Notes: generated by a model not told the origin, from the sequence alone. A stretch of DNA of 64,000 bases from an uncultured Verrucomicrobiae bacterium (GCA_963769025.1 CAVYKI010000009.1:352001-416000); one strand, 5' to 3'. Shown: positions 9,842-21,386, counted from the stretch's first letter. A program made the numbers and translations.

Positions 9842-12800
9842 TCACTTCGCGCGCAGCCACGCAATCACATCGGCCACGTCCTGTGGCTTCAGCACCGTCT
9901 CGAGCCCCTCGGGCATCAGCGATCGGCCCGTGGGCGTCTGCGCGGCGATGTCCGCACGCAGCACGGGAAATTCCGCACCGCCAGGCAGCCGCAGCGTCAG
10001 ATTGTTCGCCGTTTCGGCGGAGACGATACCGCTCAGCGCAGTGCCGTCCTTCAATGTGACGGTCAGCGCCTGGAAGCGCGGCTCGATGGCGGCGTTCGGA
10101 TCGAAAATCGCAGTGAGCAGCCAGTCGTCCGGCTTGTCCGTGACCATCGCGAGATCCGGGCCGACTTCGTTGCCCTCGTTTTTCAGGCGATGGCAGGTCG
10201 CGCATTGCTGGGTGTAAAGCGCGTGTCCGCGCTGTGCGTCGCCTTTCAGCGCCGCGACGGATGCGTAAGTCGCCACGACCTTCGCGCGGTCGGCGGTGCT
10301 CGCCTTCGGCAGCGTGGGGACGGGACCCGGCGAGGCCGCCGTGGCGTTCAGTTTCTTGAAGAGCGCGCTCTCGGGTGTCACGGACGACAGGATCGCGAGG
10401 CGCATCTGCTCCGTCTCCGCTTCGCGATCGGCGAGCTTTTGCAGGGCGGCATGAGCGCGCTCATCGCGCCATTCGCCGAGCGTCAGTGCGAGCTGGCGTC
10501 GCACGATGAATTCCGGGTCGTCCACACACGGAAGCAGGCTCGGGAGCAGCGTGCTGTCGCTTGTGGCGAGCGCCTCGCTTGCACGCAGCGCCTGCACGCG
10601 GACCTGCGGGTGGGGGTCGCGCAGTGCCGTCCTGATCGTCGCGGCATCCATGCTGCCCAAGGTGCCAAGCGCGGCCAGCGCCTGCACGCGGACCTTCGGG
10701 TCTTTCGCGGTGGAGACAAGAGCGCGGATGAACGGTGCCACTTCCTTTGCGCTGCGTTCCATGAGGACGCGCTGCGCGGTGTCGCGCTGCCAGCCGTTCG
10801 GGGAATCGAGCGCAGCAGCGAGGGCGGCATTGTCGAGGAGTGCGAGGTTCGGCACCGCGCGCAGCTTCGCTCCGCTCGGCAGCACGCGGAAGATGCGGCC
10901 CGTGTCCGCGCCTGCGCGGAGGTCGAGTCGGCTCTGCGTTTCCGGCGCGATCCACTCGGGATGCTCGAGCGCGAAGCGGTGGAAGTCGGCGATGTAGAGG
11001 GCGCCGTCGGGCCCGGTCTTCATCATCACCGGGCGGAACCAGACATCGAGGCTCGCGAGGAATTCGCGGTCCTGCTCGTCGTCCGGGCGGCGGCTCGTGA
11101 AACTCGCACCGTCGGCGCTCAGCACCTCGCGATGCACGACATTGTGCACCGGCTCGCTGATGAAGACGCTGTTCGCGAATCCTGCTCCGAACAGTTCGTC
11201 CCGGTAGGGCGTCGCGCTGTTGCCGCTCGTCACGTAGCCGAGCGACTGCGGCTGGTTGAAGCGGATGGGCGCGGATTCCTTCGGGTATGCAGTGAAGACG
11301 CGCAGGTTGCCGGGATAGTTCGCGAGCATCTGCTTCGTCGTCTTCACCGCGAGCCGCGGGTTCCGGCGGATGTAGCGGTCCTCGAGCGTGTAGTGCCAGA
11401 GCCACGTCGGGTTGTTGTTGCCGAACCAATTGCCCCAGTCGTCGCGATGGCGGCCAAACTGCGTGGCACCGCTCTCGGCTTCGAACTCCGCGGTGTCGGG
11501 GCGGAAGCGGAAGTCGCGGCCGGAGATGCTCACGGGTTTTTGTTCAGCCCGCCTCCTGCCGTCCGCGGCTACGATGTCGCCGCCGCTGTCGCCATTCGCG
11601 CCGTAGAGCCAGCCGTCGAGTCCCCAGTCGAAACCATTGATGCGATGCTGCTGATTTCCCTCCTTGAAGCCGGTGAAAAGCACGGTGCGCGTCTCGGCCT
11701 TTCCGTCGCCATCCTTGTCGGCGAGAAAAATGATGTCCGGCGCCGCTGCGACGATGACGCCATCGCGCCACGGGAAAATCCCGGTGGGATAGGGGATGTC
11801 CTCGGCGAAGGTGGTGGCCTTGTCGTAGGTGCCGTCGCCGTCGGTGTCGGTGAGCACTTTGACCCGGCCGCCGGGCTTGCCCTTGCCGTCCATGCCGAGC
11901 GGGTAGTCGCGCATTTCCACGACCCAGAGCCGGCCGTGCGCGTCCCATTCGAATGCGGACGGGCGACCCGATCAGCGGTTCCGCCGCGACGAGCTCGACG
12001 CGGAAGCCCGGGCGCGGGCGCATCGCTGCGAGCGACTCTTGCGGCGACATCGGCGGCGGGACATCGAATGCGATGAGGTCGCTGAATGGCCGGCGCAGCG
12101 TGTAAGCCTCGAGTTTCACCGTGTCCTCGTTCTGCCAGACGGCGTGTCTGCGATGAAACCACGCGCCGTTGTCGCGCCCATCTTTCACGAATGGCAGGAT
12201 CGATGTGGCGGTGATCGTTGACTGCGGCGATTGCGCCGCGGAAGTGCGGACAAGGTGCGGCCAGCCGCGCTTCCAGCCGAGCCCGTCCTTCACTTTGCCG
12301 GCCCACAGATGAATCGCGTAGCCGGCGTCGTTCGATTGGAAGACATCGTCGTAGCCGTCGCCATTGAGATCCACAAAGCGCAGGCCGTTGTCGCGGCCCT
12401 TGGCATCCAGCACGGAGCAGCCTTCGGGCAGCGAGTAGCCCGCGGGTTTCCATTTTTGTTCCTTGTGATCGAATTCGTAGATGTCGCGGTTGAAGAGCAG
12501 TTCGCACGAGCCGTCGTTGTCGAAGTCACGGAGCCTGATTCCGCTGTCTTCACCGTATTTCGCCAGCTTCAGCACGCCGGCCAGCGCACGCATCAGCTTC
12601 GCGTCCACCTCCCATTTTTCTCCGCGCCACGTCCATGCGCCGAAGGTGACCGAAGTCTCAAAAAGCGTGGCCACGCCTTCGCCGCGCACGACTCCAAAGC
12701 GCAGGCCCATGTCGAGCTGCCGCGATTCGTCGATATCGGGCAGTGCGGGCGAATGAGGCGTCTCCGCTTCGTGCCAGCGATTCTCTTTCGGACGCCAGAC

Positions 12801-13901
12801 GCGCGTGACATCCTTGTCTCCGACGCCCGTGAGCACATCCATGAAGCCGTCGCCGTCCACGTCGAGCAGGCGTACGCCCTCGTCGCCGCCGTTCTTCGGA
12901 TTTCTCACCGTCCCGCCGAGCAGTGCGTTCCTTTCGATGCGCTCCACCGCTTCGCGGAAGGTGAGGAACTTCACGCGCTTGCCGTACTTTTCCTGCGCGT
13001 AGTCGATGAACTCCACCCATTGCTCCGGCGAACTCCAGCCGTGCGGATGGAAGACGGTCGTCATCACGCCCTGCCTGCCGACGACCCAGTCCAGCCCGGC
13101 TTTCCAGTCGGCGAGCGTCTCGGGGTTCTTCGCGCCCTGCGCGTTGAACGCCTGCCAGTCGCTCGGCGTGATGCACGGGAATTCCCAGCACAGCTTCCCG
13201 ACGACGTACGGATACGGGTGGTCCTCGATGAAGCCCGCGTAGTCGCGCAGTGAGATTTTCGTGGGCGGCTTCAGCTCACTCGGGAAATATTTTGCGAAGC
13301 GTTCGCCTTCCTTGCCGCTCGGACGGACGAACACCGATGAGTCAGCCGACAGCCAGCGGCCCTGCCCGCTCGTGCGGTTGAAGATTTCCGCGAAGAAGCG
13401 CGGGCTCGCGGAATTCATCGAGTCGCAGCAGGGCATGCGGAATGCGACGGGCCTGTTTCCCGGGATGCTCGCGAGCATGTCCACGCCGCCGTGGTAGGTG
13501 CGCTGAGCTTCCTCGAACGTCGCCTTGCCGAGGCACGGGCACGGATGCGTGAGCGTGTGGACATCGAGCGACACGCCTTCCTTCAGCCACGCCTGCAACT
13601 GCGGGTCCCCGGGCGGCACGTTGTTCGTCATGATGCTCACCGGCGCGCGTCCATCGATACGCTTCAGGCGGTCGAGGATGGGGCGCAGGAACGTCTCGTA
13701 TTTTGCGGTATCCCGCATGTCGTCGATTGCGAGGATGACGACGGCATCCACGCCGGGTTCGCCGATCCACTGCGGCGTGGTGAACTTCGCCGACTTCGCC
13801 GAGGGCCAGAACGGCGAAGCGTCATCGAGGTAAGTGAGCCGGTTGCCGTCCACGGCAAGGGCCGTGAGCGCCGTGGCGAGCAGGAGGGGGAGAGCGCGCA
13901 T
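9842..13901 (-). CDS. PVC-type multidomain heme protein: polysaccharide-deacetylase-like + FG-GAP/VCBS repeats + dehydrogenase beta-propeller + HEAT repeats + cytochrome c (+1 indel near 11957)
   Basis: Signal peptide; LAIDDM/HTLTHPCP; DVDGDGFMD, DLNGDGYDD; PGFRVELVAAEPL-SPVAFEWD after frame repair; CATCH, VGPDL, SLMPEGLE. Confidence 0.85.
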
Positions 13902-13934
13902 GATCGGGGACTGAAGTCCAAGACCCCGCCGCGG

Positions 13935-14549
13935 TCACTCTCCGAGATACTTTCTCAGCCGCTCACGCAGATCCGTGCGCGCCCGGAAAAGGAGGCTCTT
14001 CACGGCAGGGACCGTGAGAGCGAGCACTTCGCCGATCTCCTCGTAGCTCACGTCCTGGTAGCGCCGCATCACGACGGCCATGCGCTGCGCCTCGGGCAGC
14101 TCCTGGATGGCTCGTTCGATGGCGTCCTGCATCTCCGAATCGAGCATCGTGATGTCGGGTGCCTTGACGTTTCCGTCCGGGAACTGCTGCGCGTGCTCCT
14201 CGCTGTCGGTCGCGGCATCGAGCGAACTCGTCTTGTGTCGCGCACGGCGGCGGGACTCGTTGAAGACGAGGTTGCGCAGGATGGTGTAGAGCCAGGTCGT
14301 GAACTTCGCGGTCGGTTCCCAGCGCGCGGCGCTTTTCCATACGCGCACGAAGACCTGCTGCGAGATGTCCTCCGCCTCGACCGGGTCGCCGATCATTCGC
14401 GCGACGGTGCCGATGACACGCTGCTCGTGCGTCTCGACGAGTTCGCGGAATGCATCCATGTCGCCGCCCTTCACCCGCTCCATAAGGCGCAGGTCCCTCG
14501 CCGGATCGTCACCGGAGGCGTCGGCCTGTAAACTCGGGTCGTCGGTCAT
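13935..14549 (-). CDS. ECF sigma-70 family RNA polymerase sigma factor
   Basis: AEDISQQVFVRVW, FTTWLYTILRN, LPEAQRMAVVMR...SYEEIGEVL...AVKSLLFRAR. Confidence 0.95.
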   Translation of the reverse strand: MTDDPSLQADASGDDPARDLRLMERVKGGDMDAFRELVETHEQRVIGTVARMIGDPVEAEDISQQVFVRVWKSAARWEPTAKFTTWLYTILRNLVFNESRRRARHKTSSLDAATDSEEHAQQFPDGNVKAPDITMLDSEMQDAIERAIQELPEAQRMAVVMRRYQDVSYEEIGEVLALTVPAVKSLLFRARTDLRERLRKYLGE

Positions 14550-14649
14550 CGTGGCTCGTTCGCGGGTGCAGCTGGGGCTTGAAGGGAAGTCACGATGGGG
14601 AATCGCCCCGGCAGTGGCAATTCGTTTCCCGGGCGCGCGCCGCGCGGAA

Positions 14650-15528
14650 CTATTTCTGCCGACGCTCCCGGACGGGAGCCTTGTGCATTGCGGTCCGCAG
14701 TTCTTCCGGAGTCCATCCGCCTGCGCGCAATGTGCGCAGGCTCAGTGCATCGTCCCGTTTCGCGAGCCGGGTGCCGGTTTCGTCGGTCATCAGCTCGCAA
14801 TGGAAGAATGCGGGCGGCGTCCAGCCGAGCGCGCGGAAAAGCAGGTTCTGGCGAAAGGTGCTCGTGATGAGATCCGCCCCGCGGACGACCTCGGTGATGC
14901 GCATGAGCGCGTCGTCCACCGCGCAGGCGAGCTGGTAGCTCGGGAGGCCGTCCTTTCGCCACACGAGAAAATCGCCGAAGTCGCGGCCCGCCTCCGCCTC
15001 CTGTTTGCCGAAGTGTCCGTCGCCAAATGAAACCGTCTCGCCTTCCGGAACGCGGAAACGCCAGTTCACGCCTTCTCGCGGATGCGATGAAATCACGGGC
15101 TTCGGCGGACGGCACGTGCCGGGGTAGAGCGGTTCCTCCTCGCCTTCGTGCGGCGCGGAAAGCGCGCGGAGCACATCCTGCCGCGAGCAAGTGCATGGAT
15201 AGATGAGGCCGGTCGAGCGCAGCCGTTCGAACGCCTCGGTGTAAAGCGGCAGCCGCTCAGTCTGCGTGTACGGTCCGAACGGTCCGCCAATATCCGGCCC
15301 CTCCTGCCAGCGGAAGCCGAACCATCGCATGTCCTCCAGCGCAGCATTGCTGAATTCGGCGCGGCAGCGCGGGCCGTCGAGATCGTCGATGCGCAGGACG
15401 AGCGCGCCGCCCGCAGCCTCGGCGCGCTGTTGTGCGGTCCAGAAAGTCCGCGCGTGGCCGAGATGCAGGTAGCCGGTGGGCGAGGGAGCGATTCGCCCAC
15501 GGTAGCAAGTTCGGGACTCCGCCGCCAT
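14650..15528 (-). CDS. gluQ: tRNA glutamyl-Q(34) synthetase GluQRS
   Basis: RIAPSPTGYLHLGH, YPCTCSR, YPGTCR, VVRGADL, RLAKR; short, no anticodon-binding domain. Confidence 0.92.
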   Translation of the reverse strand: MAAESRTCYRGRIAPSPTGYLHLGHARTFWTAQQRAEAAGGALVLRIDDLDGPRCRAEFSNAALEDMRWFGFRWQEGPDIGGPFGPYTQTERLPLYTEAFERLRSTGLIYPCTCSRQDVLRALSAPHEGEEEPLYPGTCRPPKPVISSHPREGVNWRFRVPEGETVSFGDGHFGKQEAEAGRDFGDFLVWRKDGLPSYQLACAVDDALMRITEVVRGADLITSTFRQNLLFRALGWTPPAFFHCELMTDETGTRLAKRDDALSLRTLRAGGWTPEELRTAMHKAPVRERRQK

Positions 15529-15538
15529 CGTCCGGCAG

Positions 15539-16948
15539 CTACTTCACCAACTTCAAATCCGTGTCGTACAGCACGACCGCGCCGAGTTTTTCGAGACTCG
15601 CACGGACTTGCTTCGCGTCGCCGACGACGACGATGGCGACGTCCTTGGTACTCAGATATTTTCCCGCGAGTTCCTTCACCTGCGCCGGTGTCACGGCGGC
15701 CATGCGCTTCGCGTAGGTCTTGTAGAAATCCGGAGCGAGCCCGTAGAGGTCGATGTCCTGCACGCGCGTCGCCACGCGGCCGGCGTTTTCGAGGGAGAGG
15801 AGGTAGTTGCCGATGTTGTATTGCCGCTGGAGTTCCAGTTCTGGCTCTGCGACGGGCTCGGTCATGAGGCGGTTGATTTCACCGAGGATTTCCGTGATGG
15901 CCGCAGCGGTCACGTTGTTGCGTGTCTCGGCGGTCGCCTGGAAATAGCCGGCTTCCTTGTTATAGCCGAATGCGCTGCTGCTTCCGTAGGTGTAGCCGTT
16001 CCTTTCGCGGAGATTTTGGAAAAGGCGTCCGCTGAATCCGCCCCCGAGAATCGAGTTCATCACGTTCACCTCGGGGAGGTCGGTCGCATCCTTGCGCGAC
16101 GGTGCGCCGCGGCAGACGATGACGCTGCTCTGCACACTCCCGGGCAGATCCAGCAGATGGATCGTGAGTCCGGTAATCGGCGCGACTGCGGGGTGACTGG
16201 CGATTGGAAGGTCCTTGCGAGCCCACGAGCCGAGTGCCTTTTCGATCTTCGGCAGGATGTCCGCAGCCTTCACGTCGCCGACGATGGCAAGCGAGGCGTT
16301 GTTCGGCGCGAACCACGCCTTGTGATATGCCACGAGGTCGTCGCGTTCGATGGACTTCACGCTTTCGGGCGTCGTGAACTTCCCGTACGGATGCTCGCCG
16401 AACAGCGTGCGGTCCATCAGTTTCGCGACGAGTGCGCGCGGCTCCTTCTTTTGCGCCATCAGCGAGGAATACGTGCGCTTCTGCGCTTTCGCGAATTCCT
16501 CCTGGGCAAACACCGGATGGATGACCGCATCGGCGAGCAGATCCAGCAACGGGTCTGTGATCTTCGTCAGCCCGCTTGTGCTTACGCTGATCGCATCCGC
16601 GCCGGAGCTGGCCTCGAGCTTTGCGCCGAGCGAGTCCACGGTCTGAGCAAAGGTGAGCGCGTCGCGCGTGGCGGTGCCGCGGTTCAGCAGTCCGGCGACG
16701 AATCCGGCGGTGCCCGATTTTCCGCCGTCGAGCGCGTCGCCAGCCTTGATGACGAGCCGCATGGTGATCGTCGGCTTCCGGTCGTCCTCGATCACGAAGA
16801 CCTTCAGGCCGTTCGGCAGGACCTTCGTCGCGTAGTCGGGGAAAGCCGCTTCCGGCGCGGGGCCGGGCTCGGGCTTTTTCGTCCGGTCCACGGCGCCGTG
16901 GGCGGAGAGGATGAGCGTGCTGAGCAGGAGAGGGAGAAAGCGTCGCAT
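15539..16948 (-). CDS. M16 (pitrilysin) family peptidase, non-catalytic subunit
   Basis: LPNGLKV, ILGGGFSGRLFQNLRERNGYTYG; no HxxEH; signal peptide. Confidence 0.9.
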   Translation of the reverse strand: MRRFLPLLLSTLILSAHGAVDRTKKPEPGPAPEAAFPDYATKVLPNGLKVFVIEDDRKPTITMRLVIKAGDALDGGKSGTAGFVAGLLNRGTATRDALTFAQTVDSLGAKLEASSGADAISVSTSGLTKITDPLLDLLADAVIHPVFAQEEFAKAQKRTYSSLMAQKKEPRALVAKLMDRTLFGEHPYGKFTTPESVKSIERDDLVAYHKAWFAPNNASLAIVGDVKAADILPKIEKALGSWARKDLPIASHPAVAPITGLTIHLLDLPGSVQSSVIVCRGAPSRKDATDLPEVNVMNSILGGGFSGRLFQNLRERNGYTYGSSSAFGYNKEAGYFQATAETRNNVTAAAITEILGEINRLMTEPVAEPELELQRQYNIGNYLLSLENAGRVATRVQDIDLYGLAPDFYKTYAKRMAAVTPAQVKELAGKYLSTKDVAIVVVGDAKQVRASLEKLGAVVLYDTDLKLVK

Positions 16949-16968
16949 GGGGATAAAATCGGTTGGGG

Positions 16969-18312
16969 TTACTTCGCGTCGCCGCCCTTGGGTTCTGCGG
17001 CGGGGTATTGGAGAATGTGGACGGTGTCGCTCTTGAGATACTTCTTCGCGACCCTCTGCAGGTCCTCGCGCTTCACGGCGAGATAGTGGTCGAGCTGTTT
17101 GTTCACCTCGTCCGTGGCGCCCTCGAAGACGTGTGCGTTTGCGAGGTTCTTTGCGCGTGCGAGCATCGTGCCGTTCTGATTCGCGAGCTCCGCTTCCTTT
17201 TGGTTCATCGCCTTTTTGAATTCCTCCTCCGTCACGCCTTCCGCCTTCACCTTTTCCACCTCTTCGGTGATGAGCGCGTCCAGCTTCTCCAGCGTGGTTC
17301 CTGCGTTGCCCGTGGCGAAGACACCTACGACGCCCGTCAGCTCAAACAGCTCGGGAAATGCCTCCGCGTTCATCGCGACCTGTTCCTTGTCCACGAGCCT
17401 GCGGTAGAGGCGCGAACTGCGTCCGCTGGCGAGGATGTTCGCGAGCAGGTCGAGCGCGTATGCATCGGGGTCGCGCTGGTTGCACGCGTGCCACACGTGC
17501 AGCGTCGCATTCAACGGCGTCTTCTCCTCCTTCACCACGAGCTTCTGCGGCCCGGACGGGTCGGTGAGGGTGAACTTCGGCCGCGGTGGCGCCGCTCCCT
17601 TCGGGATGCCGCCAAAGTAATCCTCCACGAGCTTCTTCGTCTCCTCGATGTTGATGTCGCCCGCGATCGCGAGCGTCGCGTTGTTCGGCACGTAATACAT
17701 TTTCCAAAAGTCGCGGAACTCCTCGATCTTCGCCTGGTCGATATATTGCACCGAGCCGATGGGCGTCCACGCGTACGGCGTGCCTTTCAGCACGAAGCCG
17801 ACCAGCTTCTCGAACAGCGAGCCATACGGCTGGTTGTCGTAGCGCATGCTGCGCTCCTCCTTCACCACCTTGCGCTGCGTCTCCACGCCCGTCTCGTCGA
17901 TCCGGTTGTGCAACATCCGCTCGCTCTCGATCCACAGCGCCAGCTTGAGCTGGTTGCTCGGGAGATTCAGGTAGTAGTCCGTTTTGTCGAAGCCCGTGCT
18001 CGCGTTCAGGTTTCCGCCCGCGCCGGACACGAGCTTGTCGATGGTCCCGCGCTTGATGTTCTCGCTTCCTTCAAACATCAGGTGCTCGAAAAAGTGTGCG
18101 AATCCCGTGCGGTCCGGCCGCTCGTTTTTCGAGCCCACGTGATAGAGAACGTAGCTCGCGACCACCGGCGCAGCGTGGTTCTCGTGCAGGATCACATGCA
18201 GCCCGTTCGGCAGATCGTATTCGGTAAAGGCGAGCGGCTTCAGCGAGGAATGCGGGGCATCAGCGAGCGCCGGCAGCGCGAGCGCGAGGGAAACGAGCAG
18301 GGGTTTGAACAT
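16969..18312 (-). CDS. M16 (pitrilysin) family zinc peptidase, catalytic subunit
   Basis: YHVGSKNE...TGFAHFFEHLMFEGS (HxxEH); signal peptide; start ATG 18312. Confidence 0.93.
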   Translation of the reverse strand: MFKPLLVSLALALPALADAPHSSLKPLAFTEYDLPNGLHVILHENHAAPVVASYVLYHVGSKNERPDRTGFAHFFEHLMFEGSENIKRGTIDKLVSGAGGNLNASTGFDKTDYYLNLPSNQLKLALWIESERMLHNRIDETGVETQRKVVKEERSMRYDNQPYGSLFEKLVGFVLKGTPYAWTPIGSVQYIDQAKIEEFRDFWKMYYVPNNATLAIAGDINIEETKKLVEDYFGGIPKGAAPPRPKFTLTDPSGPQKLVVKEEKTPLNATLHVWHACNQRDPDAYALDLLANILASGRSSRLYRRLVDKEQVAMNAEAFPELFELTGVVGVFATGNAGTTLEKLDALITEEVEKVKAEGVTEEEFKKAMNQKEAELANQNGTMLARAKNLANAHVFEGATDEVNKQLDHYLAVKREDLQRVAKKYLKSDTVHILQYPAAEPKGGDAK

Positions 18313-18438
18313 GGCGGCGGATGAGACACAGCCCGCGCGCGAATGTTCAAGCACGGAAGGCGAAGGATGCGGAAACAGGCGAGTTGCGCCTTCCCACTGG
18401 CCACCGGCGGCGCCCGGTGGCAGATTCCCGCTCCTGCC

Positions 18439-19590
18439 ATGAAAGCGATCCTCCTCCGCGCTCTGCGCTTCCTCATCTTTCCCGTCTGCCTCGCACCCGT
18501 CTCGGAGCGGTGCGCGCGGGCGGAGGAAGGCGCGGCGCCATTCGTGAGCCGCGATGTGAAGGCGAAGGCACTTTACGCGCAGGGCAAGTACGCGGAAGCG
18601 GAGGCGGAACTGCGCGCAGCGCTGAAAATCCACACCGAGGCGCTCGGCGCGGAGCACCCGGATACGCTCAGCAGCCTCGGCAATCTCGCCGCGACGCTGA
18701 ATGCGCAGAAAAAGTTTGCCGAGGCCGAGAACGAGATTCGCAAACTGCTGGCCGTGCTGAATCGCACGGTCGGCCCGATCCATCCCGGCACGCTCACGGC
18801 CCGGCACGCGCTCGCCTTTGCGCTCGATGGGCAGGGGAAGCACGAGGAGGCGGAGAAGGAGGGCCGCTCGCTCGTGCTCGCGCGAGAGCGCGCGCTCGGC
18901 CCGGAGCACCCCGACACCGTGGCGAGCCGCGACAACCTCGCGCTCGCTCTGCTCGCACAGCGCAAGGATGCGGAGGCGGAAAAGGAACTGCGCACCGTCC
19001 TCGAGATCGAGCTGCGCACGGCGGATCCGGATGCGGCCACTACGCTCAAGACCCGGTATGACCTCGCCGTGGCGCTGGGCTTCCAGGGGAAATTCGGCGA
19101 GGCCGTGCCTCACCTCCGCGCGCTCGTGGCCGGGCAGGAGCGCACGCTCGGGCCGGAGCACGGCGACACGTTGATCAACCGCAACAAACTCGCCATCGCG
19201 CTGAACAAGATGGGCGACCATGCCGCCGCGGAGAAGGAACTGCGCGCCATCCTCGCGATCACCGACCGCAAACTCGGCCCGGAAAACCCGACCAACTGGA
19301 ACCGCCGCCACTACCTCGCCAGCACGCTGCTCGAAGCGGGCAACGACGCCGAGGCCGAGAAGGAATTCCGAGGAGTGCTCGCCATCCGCGAACGCGTGCT
19401 CGGGCCGGACCATCCGGACGTTTTCGAGTCCCGCATGTTCATCGCCACCGCGCTGCGTGCGCAGGGGAAAAAGGAAGACGCGCTCGCCTTCGCGCGGCAG
19501 GCGCTGGCGGGGTTGCAGAAAGCTGTCGGACCCGACGACGCCACCACGAAGCTCGCGCAGAAGCTCGTGGACGATCTGGAAAGGAACTAG
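18439..19590 (+). CDS. Tetratricopeptide repeat protein (42-aa kinesin-light-chain-type repeats)
   Basis: Recurrent LGxEHPDT / GKxxEAExE units. Confidence 0.9.
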   Translation: MKAILLRALRFLIFPVCLAPVSERCARAEEGAAPFVSRDVKAKALYAQGKYAEAEAELRAALKIHTEALGAEHPDTLSSLGNLAATLNAQKKFAEAENEIRKLLAVLNRTVGPIHPGTLTARHALAFALDGQGKHEEAEKEGRSLVLARERALGPEHPDTVASRDNLALALLAQRKDAEAEKELRTVLEIELRTADPDAATTLKTRYDLAVALGFQGKFGEAVPHLRALVAGQERTLGPEHGDTLINRNKLAIALNKMGDHAAAEKELRAILAITDRKLGPENPTNWNRRHYLASTLLEAGNDAEAEKEFRGVLAIRERVLGPDHPDVFESRMFIATALRAQGKKEDALAFARQALAGLQKAVGPDDATTKLAQKLVDDLERN

Positions 19591-19688
19591 CGCGCTCCGG
19601 AGCAACGTGGAGCCGCGGATGAGCAGGGCCGGGTATCCTGCGTGATTTGCGCTCTTGTTGTGGAAGGGCGCCGGGTTAATTCTTTCGC

Positions 19689-21347
19689 ATGACTTCCTCC
19701 CCGTTTTTCCGGATCGCCGCAATTCTCGCATTCGCTTTTTCCTCCGGCTTTGCCTTCGCGGCAGGACCCGCGCGACCAAATGTCCTGCTCATCCTCGCCG
19801 ATGACATGGGATTTTCCGATGCGGGGTGCTATGGCGGGGAGATCCGTACGCCGAACCTCGATGCGCTCGCGGCAAACGGCCTGCGTTTCACGCAATTCTA
19901 CAACACAGCGCGTTGCTGGCCTTCGCGCGCGGCGATCCTCACCGGCTACTACGCGCAGGCGGTGCGCCGCGATTCCATCCCCGGAGTCCCGAGCGGCGGA
20001 AAAGGGGCGCGTCCCGCGTGGGCAAAGCTGCTGCCGGACATGCTCAAGCCGCTCGGCTACCGCTCGTATCTCTCGGGAAAATGGCACGTGGACGGGAAGC
20101 CGACGGAGAACGGCTTTGACCACTCGTACGTGCTGGATGACCACGACCGGAATTTCAACCCGCGCCGCCATTCTGAGGACGACAAGCCGCTCCCACCGGT
20201 GGCTGCGGACAGCGGCTATTTTTCGAGCACGGCGATCGCCGATCACGCGATCAAATGCCTGAAGGAGCACGCGGAGAAATACGCCGACCGGCCGTTCTTT
20301 GAATACCTCTCGTTCATCGTGCCGCATTTCCCGCTGCAGGCGCCCGCGGAGGACATCGCGCGCTACAAGGACAAGTATCTCAAAGGCTGGGAGATCGCGC
20401 GTGAGGAGCGCTTCGGGCGGCAGAAAAGGTCGGGCCTCGTGAACACGACGTTGTCCGCCATCGAGCGGGATCTCGGGCCGCCGTATGCATTTCCGGCGGA
20501 GCTCGCGAAGCTCGGGCCGGGGGAGATCAACCGTCCGCTCCCGTGGACGGAACTCACGACGCAGCAGCGCGAGTTTCAGGCCACCAAGATGGCCATCCAC
20601 GCGGCGATGGTGGACCAGATGGATCAGCAGATCGGCCGCGTGCTCGAGCAGGTGAAGGCGATGGGTGCGCTCGATAACACGCTCGTGCTTTTCCTCTCCG
20701 ACAACGGCGCGAGCGCGGAGATCATGGTGCGCGGCGACGGCAACGCTCCGGGTGCGGTGCCGGGTTCCGCCGGGAGCTTCCTCTGCCTCGGGCCGGGATT
20801 TTCCAGCGCCGCAAACACGCCATTCCGCCGCCACAAGACGTGGGTGCACGAGGGCGGCATCGCCACGCCGTTCATCCTGCAATGGCCAAAGGGCATCGCC
20901 GCTCGCGGGGAATTGCGGCACAATCCCAGCCACCTCGTCGATCTCGTGCCGACGATCTTGGAAATCGCAGGAGGTAAGGCGCCTGCGACATTGGACGGAA
21001 AGCCCGTGCCTCCAGCGCACGGCAAGAGCCTGGTGCCCGTTTTCGCAAAGGATGGCGCGGTTGCCCATGATTCGCTGTGGTGGTTGCATGAGGCGAACCG
21101 CGCGCTGCGTGTCGGTGACTGGAAGATCGTGGCCGCGGGCGCGGACAGCGCATGGGAGCTCTACGACCTCTCGACGGATCGTGCGGAATCCAAAAACCTC
21201 GCCGCAAGCCAGCCGGAGCGCGTGAAGGAGATGGCGCAACTCTGGACGCAGCGGACGGAGGAGTTCCGGGCGCTCGCGCTCAAGGATCTGCAACCGGGTG
21301 CCGAGGCTCAGCCAAAGAAGCGAAACAAGGCCGGTGCTGTGCAGTAG
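19689..21347 (+). CDS. Arylsulfatase
   Basis: PNVLLILADDMGFSD, CWPSRAAILTG (CxPxR), GKWH, SDNG. Confidence 0.95.
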   Translation: MTSSPFFRIAAILAFAFSSGFAFAAGPARPNVLLILADDMGFSDAGCYGGEIRTPNLDALAANGLRFTQFYNTARCWPSRAAILTGYYAQAVRRDSIPGVPSGGKGARPAWAKLLPDMLKPLGYRSYLSGKWHVDGKPTENGFDHSYVLDDHDRNFNPRRHSEDDKPLPPVAADSGYFSSTAIADHAIKCLKEHAEKYADRPFFEYLSFIVPHFPLQAPAEDIARYKDKYLKGWEIAREERFGRQKRSGLVNTTLSAIERDLGPPYAFPAELAKLGPGEINRPLPWTELTTQQREFQATKMAIHAAMVDQMDQQIGRVLEQVKAMGALDNTLVLFLSDNGASAEIMVRGDGNAPGAVPGSAGSFLCLGPGFSSAANTPFRRHKTWVHEGGIATPFILQWPKGIAARGELRHNPSHLVDLVPTILEIAGGKAPATLDGKPVPPAHGKSLVPVFAKDGAVAHDSLWWLHEANRALRVGDWKIVAAGADSAWELYDLSTDRAESKNLAASQPERVKEMAQLWTQRTEEFRALALKDLQPGAEAQPKKRNKAGAVQ

Positions 21348-21386
21348 CTTTGGAAGTCCGCCGGTCTTCCGGGCATGTTTCCGGGC

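Noticed and set aside
9308..12076. 922-aa plus-strand ORF (also 60447-63668, 19587-21293, 51027-52841 and similar long ORFs)
   Set aside because: Antisense shadows of well-supported genes, expected at high GC; no recognisable motifs
15539..18312. Active plus inactive M16 peptidase pair as a novel system
   Set aside because: Well-known heterodimeric M16B arrangement
18600..19450. Periodic DNA repeats resembling an array
   Set aside because: They are the coding TPR units, not CRISPR repeats with spacers
16969..19779. Extended N-termini in the ORF track (e.g. 936-aa M16, 1085-aa TIGR03790, 659-aa kinase)
   Set aside because: Extensions overlap genuine neighbouring genes; downstream starts with signal peptides or domain boundaries fit better
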